From assembly GCA_039621445.1 (NCBI GenBank), contig CP154954.1, positions 33,271,455-33,335,454 of the forward strand: a stretch of DNA of 64,000 nt, written 5' to 3'. The position numbers and the translations under genes were made by a program. This document shows positions 10,101 through 22,100 of this stretch, piece by piece. Position 1 is the stretch's first letter, and each line of letters starts with the position of its first letter. This stretch comes from Euglena gracilis. Taxonomy: Eukaryota. Under the pieces are notes generated by a model, which saw only the letters and a list, made by a program, of their open reading frames with translations, did no database searches and was not told the origin of the DNA.

Positions 10101-13100
10101 AGACCCGAAAAAAAAAGTTTTCAACCTTTTTTCTGATTTTAGGCCATTTGACATCCAGATCAGGGGTTTTTTTAAGACCGGGGGGGGGTCCCCCCCACCC
10201 ACCCACCCCCCTGGGGGGGAGGGGGTCCCGGGGGACCCACAAAAATGGCCGAAAAATCGCGAAAAGTGCTAAAAATAGAATTTTTTCGGCGCCTGCGGCG
10301 CCGAAAAGTATATCCCACCCCCCTCCAGGGGGGGGGGGGGGAGGGGGTAGGGGGGACCCACGCACCACAACCCCCCCCCCCCCCCCCCCAGGGGTCCAAA
10401 CTTAAAAAAATCCCTGATCCAGATGGCCCTTGTACTTCCCCTGGAAAAGAGATACAATGAAATTTTAAAAAGTGCCTTAAAATTGAACATTAAAAACCTA
10501 TAAACAAAACTAAAACAAAAATCAAAAAAAACTTTGAAATTTTTAAAAATTGAGCCTTAAAAAATCATAACCCCAAGGTACCATTTGGGGCGAGGGGGGG
10601 GATAAAAATTTTGGAGGTGGCCTCCACGCCTTCAACTGCATTCACCACCAAATCAAAACCCCCTCCCAAAATGACCTGGCGGGGTGCCAAAAGACAAGAA
10701 CAATCTTGTTGCCTTGCCCTTTGCAAGGTTGTTCGTACACTGCCAGGATATTTGGGTGGTTCATACAAATTGCTCTTCTTCCTTTGCACCTTCCATTTTC
10801 CAACAATTCAATTTACCCACCAAATGGATTATCTCTTCTGAAGAAATACAATGTCCACCCAATTTGCTTTGCCCCGAATGGCACTCGGGGGGTTACGCTT
10901 CCTTTCGCCCCAGCACTTGGCTGTTGCTGGTCATTCAGTCGAGCTGGTGACTGTCATTGCCAAGCACCAAATCAGAATCAGAAGCCTTCTCCTGGTCAAC
11001 AATTGGGGTGGGTGGGGCAGCTGATGCTGAACATGATACCCACCGGAGGGGAAAATCCCCCGCCCACAGAGCACATGCATTTGGCTCTCACCAAAACCAT
11101 TTGCACGAAAACATTTTGTGGGCTTTCTTTCCTTTTGGTGCAACGCACGGTAATCTGGAACTGATTTCCTGGGCTTTGCCATTGTGCCAAAATTGGGGAT
11201 CTGAATTGGTCTGAGGGTCACCTGTGGAGGTCATCCAATCGAGCCGATGGGTGTCATTGCAAAAGCTCCGGATCAAAATCAACATAATCAATCCTCCCTT
11301 CCAAGCTGATTCATTTCACAATCCCTATGAGCTGGATCAACTAACTCATCCTTGCCTGGATGAGCCAGGGCTGGTGCGGGGAAGGGCGGGTGGGGGAAAT
11401 TGAGCCCTCTCCAGGCAAAGCCAACCTACCACAGCACCACAGACAAACGAATCATTATCCAAAACAGCATTCCCGCCAGTCCAGTGTGCTTGCCATTCAG
11501 GAGGAGGGGCTGTGGCTGCCGGTGGAGGTCATCCAATCGAGCCTATGGGTGTCATTGCAGAGCTCCGGGCCAAACAGCAAAGCTAATCCTCCCTCCCACC
11601 ACATTGGCAGCCGTCAATGGCCGCCCCACCCGTTTTCTGTGCCCCTGGAGAGACGGATGCTGATCAGCCAGGGGAATCATTGTGCCATCACAGTGTGAAC
11701 TCTGGTGTTGAGAAATATGATGTGCATCATGTCAGCCCATCCAATGCCAATTCAGGGTAACTGCATGTGAACAAACAGCTGGGGCAAGACAATTGCGTTC
11801 TTGAGGGGACAATCCATCTCAACCCATTGCCATGGGCCATCAGACTCCAGACTCCGTACACGAATCACAATTCATTTCGGTGGTGTGCAACGGTGGTGGT
11901 CATCACAAGGCACAGCGGCCACACATCCGGGGATGAATCCACCTGAACAAGTGGGGGATGTCCAGCCTTGTGGGGGGGGGGGGTTTGAAATGGGCGCCTC
12001 CGAGCAGGTTCCCAGTCCACTTTTTTCAGCGCAACCTTTTTCGGGGGGGGGTCAGGTTGGGCGCAGCAGAGGACGGGGGGGGGGGCAAAATGGGCCAACA
12101 GCCCAGAGGATCAATAACACGCGGGGGGGGGGGGAGTTTCAATTGCCTTCTGTCTGTCACTGGTTGAAAAACACGGGCCAAGCAATCAGGGCGGACAAAG
12201 AATCAACGCGAGGCTCATTGTGGTGTGCAGTAAGGGGATCATCACGTAATCCACTCCAAATTACTGAACTTCGTAGCTGGTTTGGGGCACTGAGTTGGTC
12301 TGGGGGACACGACGCCTGTGGAGGTCATCCAATCGAGCCGAGGGTTGTCATTGCAGAGCTCCGGATCAAAATCAACAAAATTAATCCTCTCCTCCAAACA
12401 GCATTTTACAAGCCCAAACTTCCTTGGCTTTTGATCATCACTACGGATCAGGCTTTTGTTTAAAGACCCGGGGGGGGGGTACTTCCTAGCCAATCGGCAA
12501 GACACTGGAAAAAATGGACTAGCTAGACCCCCCTGGGGGGTCCGGGGGTCCCCCCAACTGGATAAAAAATTTTCCTCCGGCACTGCACGCCGAGGTGGAA
12601 ATGACGTTTTTAATAGGTTTTGGGCTGATTTTGTTCCGAGAATTCCCATTTTTGGCCATTTGGGGGGGTCACAAAAAAATTCCGGCGCTTTGCGCCGGTC
12701 ACAGGAAAAAGTTTTCCACTAGCTAGCCCTGCTAGCAGATCCCCCCAGGGGGGGGGTAGCCCTGCTAGCAGATCCCCCCCGGGGGGGGGGGTCTGCTAGA
12801 AATCTCACTAGCCAAATTTGGACTAGCTAGTCCATCCACCCCCCCCCCCCGGGGGTACTGCAATCCCTTAAGCAAAAGCCTGCTACAGATCAGGCTGTTT
12901 TTTTTACCAACCTGGGGGGGGGGCGAGGGGGGGGGTCCGGAGAGCCTGCCCAGGCAGCTACCACCCCCCACGGGGGAGGGTCGGATTTCGGCCTGCGCCC
13001 AGGCACACTCCTTTGAAAATAGGCCATTTTGGCACCCCCCCGCCTTTGGCGCTGGTGTCTGTGCTAGGGCACTGTTGGCTGTGGCTTATCGGGGTTGGGA

Positions 13101-16100
13101 GTGCCGTGGAGTGCCTTTGCCCCCCCCCTTCGGTTGGTGTCGGCACCACCTTAAAAACAGCCTGCTACGGATTACCAAAATTCCCTTCAAAAATGATAAT
13201 TTCCCACAATTTCTTGCTTCGATCTTGCAGTACAGCACAGGAAGCGCTGGTTTGGGTCGTTGACGGGCATCATCTTTGAGGCACACCAAAAACCTACAAA
13301 TGCCTTAAATTAAAAATCTGGCAAAATATTCTCCAAACAAAAATGCAACCATAAAATCTCAGCAACAACAGGCCAACTCCAGGGAAACAAAATGATTTCT
13401 TCAAGCCAGCCCATGGCCAGCCCAAATGCGCAACAAAACCCCCTTCCCATTCCATTGTGGGACCACCCTTCCCATTCTGCCACAAAACCGCGCAAACGAA
13501 TCCAAATCCAAAATAGGATTCTTGCTGGGAGGCTGCCTGCAAAAATGCAGAGTTCTGCATTCAGGCAAATCTCAGTTGCTTGCGGCCCCTCTTGGAATGC
13601 AAAGCCCATGAGGGAATATGAGCAACTTGACCACTGATGGTGTACACAACCAAGCTACCAATGGCGGAAAAAACTCAAGCCTTTCCCAGCCTTCTCGCTT
13701 TCACTCGGGGGGGGGGGGGGTCCCGGGGGTTTCGATGTTTGCCCATTTCCGGACCCTCCAAAAACACAATTTTTTGGCAAGTTCCCGGAGTAACACCATC
13801 AAAAAACGGATTTTTGCACATGTCGCCATATTATCAGACACCCCAGAGCCGAAATAAAATTTTCGTTAATTTGCGCAAACCAACACAAAAAGATGAAATG
13901 AGAATGCTGCTGCCTAAATTGAGCCCCCCCCCCCCCGGCAGAACCAGGGTTGCTGCACCCAACCCACCACAGCACCACACACAAACAAATCATTATCCAA
14001 AACAGCATTCCCGCCAGTCCAGCGTGCTTGCCATTCAGGAGGAGGGGCCGTGGCTGCCGGTGGAGGTCATCCAATCGAGCCTATGGGTGTCATTGCAGAG
14101 CTCCGGGCCAAACAGCAAAGCTAATCCTCCCTCCCACCACATTGGCAGCCGTCAATGGCCGCCCCACCCGTTTTCTGTGCCCCTGGAGGGACGGATGCTG
14201 ATCAGCCAGGGGAATCATTGTGCCATCACAGTGTGAACTCTGGTGTTGAGTAATATGATGTGCATCATGCAAACTTTTGCGCCTTGTCGGCTGTCAGCCC
14301 ACCCAATGCCAATTCAGGGTAACTGCATGTGAACAAACAGCTGGGGCAAGACAATTGCGTTCTTGAGGGGACAATCCATCTCAACCCATTGCCATGGGCC
14401 ATCAGACTCCAGACTCCGTACACGAATCACAATTCATTTCGGTGGTGTGCAACGGTGGTGGTCATCACAAGGCACAGCGGCCACACATCCGGGGATGAAT
14501 CCAGCCGGACAAATGGGGGATGTCCAGCCTTGTGGGGGGGGGGGGGGGGGGGGGCTCTCCGAGCAGATTCCCCGTCCTTCATCACAATCACACTGTGAAT
14601 TCCCTTCCCTTCTCAACAACTAACAAACCTCCCCAACTGGCGGTCAGCAATCCAAGCCATCTCCTTCACAATGCGTTCGGTTCAACGAGATTCACATCCA
14701 TCCTCTGGCCCCAAAACGCAATGAGCAAACACAACTGGCGTATGTACTTTCCTTTCCCTTTATAACAACTTACATTGATTGTAATACGATTTCAATAAGA
14801 TTACAACCTTTTACAGTTGACATCTCAACAATTTACAATTTGGTGCAGTGGAGATGCATTGCCAAAGCTGGTTCCCGCTTGCCCTTCCCTGTGTCAATTG
14901 CCTTCCGTCCGTCCCTCGCATTCATGTCCCCTGCAGTTCAAATTCTCAAACAAATCAAAATGCACACTAATTCCAGTTCCCGCCCCTGTGTATGTCAATC
15001 CGCAAACCATTCCCCACCTTGCGGAGATGATCAGCCCCGTTGCTGCCAGCGCAGAGTGGCGCACTTGTGGGGTCATCCAATCGAGCCGATGGGTGTCATT
15101 GCAAAGCTCCGGATCAATATCAAAATGGTTAATCCTCCCCTCCAAGCTGCCTTCTGTCAGAAACTCACAATCCCCAATTTTGTTGTCCTTTTGAGCAATG
15201 CAGGGATTTTTTCCAAAAAAAACCTCGGACCATTCAATTCTCAACCTCTGCTTGCCTGGATGGGCCAAGGCTGTGGTTGGGTGTCTGGACCAGGCAACAC
15301 CAGATGAGTGGGTTCGACTCACTCAACCCACCACAGCACCACACAACCGACTCATCCAAAAGAGGGTTCTTGCCTGAAAAAAAAAAGCGTCTCTGCAATT
15401 GCATTCAATCACGCACAAATCTCAGCTGCTTGCGGCCCCTCTTGGAATGAAATCCAAATGAGGGAATATGAGCAACTTGACCGCTGACGGTACACACAAC
15501 CAAGCAGGAGGTAAAAACCCAGGCTGCATGTGTGGGGGGTTTGGGGAGCTGTTGGGGGGGGGATCGTCAGGGGGTTATTCTTTTAGGGTGCCTTGAATGT
15601 CCTTGGGAACCCTTAAAAAATCATTCTGGAAAATTTTCGAAATTCTTCACATGCTTTTGCAATATCTCAGCAAAAACAGGCCAATCCTGGGGGAAAAACG
15701 ATTTCGGGCATCGCTGGAACATCCTCCATCAACCCAAACTCGAAAAAAAAAGTTTTCAACCTTTTTCTGATTTTAAGCCATTTGACATCCAGATGGCCCT
15801 TGTACTTCCCCTGGAAAAGAGATACAATGAAATTTTAAAAAATGCCTTAAAATTGAACATTAAAATCCTATAAACAAAACTAAAACAAAAATCAAAAAAA
15901 ACTTTGAAATTTTTAAAAATTGAGCCTTAAAAAATCATAACCCCAAGGTACCATTTGGGGCGAGGGGGGGGGATAAAAATTTTGGAGGTGGCCTCCACGC
16001 CTTCAACTGCATTCACCACCAAATCAAAACCCCCTCCCAAAATGACCTGGCGGGGTGCCAAAAGACAAGAACAATCTTGTTGCCTTGCCCTTTGCAAGGT

Positions 16101-19100
16101 TGTTCGTACACTGCCAGGATATTTGGGTGGTTCATACAAATTGCTCTTCTTCCTTTGCACCTTCCATTTTCCAACAATTCAATTTACCCACCAAATGGAT
16201 TATCTCTTCTGAAGAAATACAATGTCCACCCAATTTGCTTTGCCCCGAATGGCACTTGGGGGGTTACGCTTCCTTTCGCCCCAGCACTTGGCTGTTGCTG
16301 GTCATTCAGTCGAGCTGGTGACTGTCATTGCCAAGCACCAAATCAGAATCAGAAGCCTTCTCCTGGTCAACAATTGGGGTGGGTGGGGCAGCTGATGCTG
16401 AACATGATACCCACCGGAGGGGAAAATCCCCCGCCCACAGAGCACATGCATTTGGCTCTCACCAAAACCATTTGCACGAAAACATTTTGTGGGCTTTCTT
16501 TCCTTTTGGTGCAACGCACGGTAATCTGGAACTGATTTCCTGGGCTTTGCCATTGTGCCAAAATTGGGGATCTGAATTGGTCTGAGGGTCACCTGTGGAG
16601 GTCATCCAATCGAGCCGATGGGTGTCATTGCAAAAGCTCCGGATCAAAATCAACATAATCAATCCTCCCTTCCAAGCTGATTCATTTCACAATCCCTATG
16701 AGCTGGATCAACTAACTCATCCTTGCCTGGATGAGCCAGGGCTGGTGCGGGGAAAGCGGGGGGGTGGAATTGAGCCCTCTCCAGGCAAAGCCAACCTACC
16801 ACAGCACCACAGACAAACGAATCATTATCCAAAACAGCATTCCCGCCAGTCCAGTGTGCTTGCCATTCAGGAGGAGGGGCTGTGGCTGCCGGTGGAGGTC
16901 ATCCAATCGAGCCTATGGGTGTCATTGCAGAGCTCCGGGCCAAACAGCAAAGCTAATCCTCCCTCCCACCACATTGGCAGCCGTCAATGGCCGCCCCACC
17001 CGTTTTCTGTGCCCCTGGAGAGACGGATGCTGATCAGCCAGGGGAATCATTGTGCCATCACAGTGTGAACTCTGGTGTTGAGAAATATGATGTGCATCAT
17101 GTCAGCCCATCCAATGCCAATTCAGGGTAACTGCATGTGAACAAACAGCTGGGGCAAGACAATTGCGTTCTTGAGGGGACAATCCATCTCAACCCATTGC
17201 CATCAGACTCCAGACTCCGTACACGAATCACAATTCATTTCGGTGGTGTGCAACGGTGGTGGTCATCACAAGGCACAGCGGCCACACATCCGGGGATGAA
17301 TCCACCTGAACAAGTGGGGGATGTCCAGCCTTGTGGGGGGGGGGGGGGGGTGGAGTGGTCTCCTCCGAGCAGGTTCCCAGTCCACTTTTTTCAGCGCAAC
17401 CTTTTTCGGGGGGGGGGTCAGGTTGGGCGCAGCAGAGGACGGGGGGCAAAATGGGCCAACAGCCCAGAGGATCAATAACACGCGGGGGGGGGGGGGAGTT
17501 TCAATTGCCTTCTGTCTGTCACTGGTTGAAAAACACGGGCCAAGCAATCAGGGCGGACAAAGAATCAACGCGAGGCTCATTGTGGTGTGCAGTAAGGGGA
17601 TCATCATGTAATCCACTCCAAATTACTGAACTTCGCAGCTGGTTAGGGGCTTTGAGCTGGTCTGGGGGACACGACACCTGTGGAGGTCATCCAATCGAGC
17701 CGAGGGTTGTCATTGCAGAGCTCCGGATCAAAATCAACAAAATTAATCCTCTCCTCCAAACAGCATTTTACAAGCCCAAACTTCCTTGGCTTTTGATCAT
17801 CACTACGGATCAGGCTTTTGTTTAAAGACCCGGGGGGGGGGGGGGGTACTTCCTAGCCAATCGGCTAGACACTGGAAAAAATGGACTAGCTAGACCCCCC
17901 TGGGGGGTCCGGGGGTCCCCCCAACTGGATAAAAAATTTTCCTCCGGCACTGCACGCCGAGGTGGAAATGACGTTTTTAATAGGTTTTGGGCTGATTTTG
18001 TTCCGAGAATTCCCATTTTTGGCCATTGGGGGGGGGTCCCAAAAAAATTCCGGCGCTTTGAGCCGGTCACAGGAAAAAGTTTTCCACTAGCTAGCCCTGC
18101 TAGCAGATCCCCCCCAGGGGGGGGGGTAGCCCTGCCAGCAGATCCCCCCCGGGGGGGGGGTCTGCTAGAAATCTCACTAGCCAAATTTGGACTAGCTAGT
18201 CCAGCCACCCCCCCCGGGGGTACTGCAATCCCTTAAGCAAAAGCCTGCTACAGATCAGGCTGTTTTTTTTACGGGGGGGGGGGGCGAGGGGGGTCCGGAG
18301 AGCCTGCCCAGGCAGCCACCACCCCCCACGGGGGAGGGTCGGATTTCGGCCTGCGCCCAGGCACACTCCTTTGAAAATAGGCCATTTTGGCACCCCCCCG
18401 CCTTTGGCGCTGGTGTCTGTGCTAGGGCACTGTTGGCTGTGGCTTATCGGGGTTGGGAGTGCCGTGGAGTGCCTTTGCCCCCCCCCCTCGGTTGGTGTCG
18501 GCACCACCTTAAAAACAGCCTGCTACGGATTACCAAAATTCCCTAATTTCCCACAATTTCTTGCTTCGATCTTGCAGTACAGCACAGGAAGCGCTGGTTT
18601 GGGTCGTTGACGGGCATCATCTTTGAGGCACACCAAAAACCTACAAATGCCTTAAATTAAAAATCTGGCAAAATATTCTCCAAACAAAAACGCAACCATA
18701 AAATCTCGGCAACAACAGGCCAACTCCAGGGAAACAAAATGATTTCTTCAAGCCAGCCCATGGCCAGCCCTCAAGCCCAAATGCGCAACAAAACCCCCTT
18801 CCCATTCCATTGTGGGACCACCCTTCCCATTCCGCCACAAAACCGCGCAAACAAATCCAAATCCAAAATAGGATTCTTGCTGGGAGGCTGCCTGCAAAAA
18901 TGCAGCGTTCTGCATTCAGGCAAATCTCAGTTGCTTGCGGCCCCTCTTGGAATGCAAAGCCCATGAGGGAATATGAGCAACTTGACCACTGATGGTGTAC
19001 ACAACCAAGCTACCAATGGCGGAAAAAACTCAAGCCTTTCCCAGCCTTCTCGCTTTCACTCGGGGGGGGGGGTCCCGGGGGTTTCGATGTGCGGAGCCCA

Positions 19101-22100
19101 TTTCCGGACCCTCCAAAAACACAATTTTTTGGCAAGTTCCCGGAGTAACACCATCAAAAAACGGATTTTTGCACATGTCGCCATATTATCGGACACCCCA
19201 GAGCCGAAATAAAATTTTCGTTAATTTGCGCATACGCGCAAACCAACACAAAAAGATGAAATGAGAATGCTGCTGCCTAAATTGAGCCCCACCCCCGGCA
19301 AAACCAGGGTTGCTGCACCCAACCCACCACAGCACCACACACAAACAAATCATTATCCAAAACAGCATTCCCGCCAGTCCAGCGTGCTTGCCATTCAGGA
19401 GGAGGGGCCGTGGCTGCCGGTGGAGGTCATCCAATCGAGCCTATGGGTGTCATTGCAGAGCTCCGGGCCAAACAGCAAAGCTAATCCTCCCTCCCACCAC
19501 ACTGGCAGCCGTCAATGGCCGCCCCACCCGTTTTCTGTGCCCCTGGAGGGACGGATGCTGATCAGCCAGGGGAATCATTGTGCCATCACAGTGTGAACTC
19601 TGGTGTTGAGAAATATGATATGCATCATGCAAACTTTTGCGCCTTGTCGGCTGTCAGCCCACCCAATGCCAATTCAGGGTAACTGCATGTGAACAAACAG
19701 CTGGGGCAAGACAATTGCGTTCTTGAGGGGACAATCCATCTCAACCCATTGCCATGGGCCATCAGACTCCAGACTCCGTACACGAATCACAATTCATTTC
19801 GGTGGTGTGCAACGGTGGTGGTCATCACAAGGCACAGCGGCCACACATCCGGGGATGAATCCAGCCGGACAAATGGGGGACGTCCAGCCTTGTGGGGGGG
19901 GGGGGGTGGAGCTCTCCGAGCAGATTCCCCGTCCTTCATCACAATCACACTGTGAATTCCCTTCCCTTTTCAACAACTAACAAACCTCCCCAACTGGCGG
20001 TCAGCAATCCAAGCCATCTCCTTCACAATGCGTTCGGTTCAACGAGATTCACATCCATCCTCTGGCCCCAAAACGCAATGAGCAAACACAACTGGCGTAT
20101 GTACTTTCCTTTCCCTTTATAACAACTCACATTGATTGTAATACGATTTCAATAAGATTGCAACCTTTTACAATTGACATCTCAACAATTTACAATTTGG
20201 TGCAGTGGAGATGCATTGCCAAAGCTGGTTCCCGCTTGCCCTTCCCTGTGTCAATTGCCTTCCGTCCGTCCCTCGCATTCATATCCCCTGCAGTTCAAAT
20301 TCTCAAACAAATCAAAATGCACACTAATTCCAGTTCCCGCCCCTGTGTATATCAATCCGCAAACCGTTCCCCACCTTGCGGAGATGATCAGCCCGTTGCT
20401 GCCAGCGCAGAGTGGCACACTTGTGGGGGTCATCCAATCGAGCCGATGGGTGTCATTGCAAAGCTCCGGATCAATATCAAAATGGTTAATCCTCCCCTCC
20501 AAGCTGCCTTCTGTCAGAAACTCGCAATCCCCAATTTTGTTGTCCTTTTGACCACTGCAGGGATTTTTTCCAAAAAAAACCTCGGACCATTCAATTCTCA
20601 ACCTCTGCTTGCCTGGATGGGCCAAGGCTGTGGTTGGGTGTCTGGACCAGGCAACACCAGATGAGTGGGTTCGACTCACTCAACCCACCACAGCACCACA
20701 CAACCGACTCATCCAAAAGAGGGTTCTTGCCTGAAAAAAAAAAGCGTCTCTGCAATTGCATTCAATCACGCACAAATCTCAGCTGCTTGCGGCCCCTCTT
20801 GGAATGAAATCCAAATGAGGGAATATGAGCAACTTGACCGCTGACGGTACACACAACCAAGCAGAAGGTAAAAACCCAGGCTGCATGTGTGGGGGGTTTG
20901 GGGAGCTGTCGGGGGTGCCTTGAAGGTCCTTGGAAAACCCTTAAAAATTCATTCTGGAAAATTTTCGAAATTCTTCACAAAAATGCTTTTGCAATATCTC
21001 AGCAAAAACACGCCAATCCTGGGGAAAAACGATTTCGGGCATCGCTGGAACATCCTCCATCAACCCAAACTCGAAATCAATGATTCCCGTACGCTGGGGA
21101 AAGGAACCCCCCTGCAAACTTTATAAAAACTTTATACCCAAGGGGAGGTTACTGAAATCACTGCCCCCCCGGGCAGGGCGGTTGGCCACTCAAATATCAA
21201 ATCAGAAGAGACAAAGCATCAGTGTGGGGGCTCAGAGTGGTGTGCAGTGAGGGAATCATCACATAAACAATCCAATTCCAGTGCGGGGGCTCAGAGTGGT
21301 GTGCAGTGAGGGAATCATCACATAAACAATCCAATTCCCTGGGACTCGGGGCGGGGGGAAGGGGGGGGGGTATTTTTTGTCTAGAAACGGCCGGGGTCAT
21401 CCAATCGAGGCTGTGAATCTCTTTATGGAGCTGTGGGCCAAACTGTCAGATATTTGTCCTCATACATTGTGGCGGTGGCACTTTCGGACCTACCTGCTGA
21501 TACCCTGAAAATCAGTGGTGCACACCTTCGGCTCCGGTGGGTTCAATGGCAGCTGCTGCAGCCCACGCACCACGATGGCCTGGCCCACCGCCTGCGGGGC
21601 ACCGCCCGCCGCCAGCGCATGCGACAGGGGGAGGAACGCTGGGCTGTACAACGGCGTGGCCCGAAGGGCGGCCGCCAGGGAGGCGTTGTCGGGGAAGACC
21701 ACCGCAAGGGCCGTGCGTGCGGGCCGGGGCGTGCAGATGGCCCAAGAATGCAGGTGGCAGCAAGGCCCTGGCCGGGAAGGGCACCGCGCAGAACATCGAG
21801 GACACCCGCATGGAGTTGTAGGTCCGCAGCGCCCGGCACAGATTGCCCAACGGGTAGGCGGTGGCCCCGGCGGAACGGGTCGGGAGGAGGTACGTGTCCA
21901 GGGCGGCAGCAATCACCTGAGGGGGGGGGGTCCCACGTGAAAACCACCTCCCCACGCGGCCTTCCCCCACAATACCTTCCCGTTGGGGGGATCCCATTTC
22001 CAACGGTGGAAATCCCTATCCAGTGAACCCCCCCTTCAAGCAAAAGTCTGGGGAGTCCAGCCATCCAGCCCTTTTACAGGGGTGTCATAAAGCACTGTGA

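Larger units (their letters stand above)
8940..21075. repeat. Tandem array of a ~5.36-kb snoRNA-cluster unit (8940-14573, 14574-19930, partial 19931-~21075)
   Basis: Near-identical blocks recur with offsets of about 5357-5371 bp. Copy 1 is longer because of a private MITE at 10161-10416. Confidence 0.95.

Noticed and set aside
14560-14590. Isolated GTGATGA box C on the minus strand (also ~8950, ~19940, ~12440)
   Set aside because: No box D at a plausible distance.
9441-21408. CRISPR-like array of a repeated ~45-bp motif near an RT
   Set aside because: Spacing is irregular (0.3-1.7 kb), the intervening DNA is itself repeated, there are no cas genes and the context is eukaryotic.
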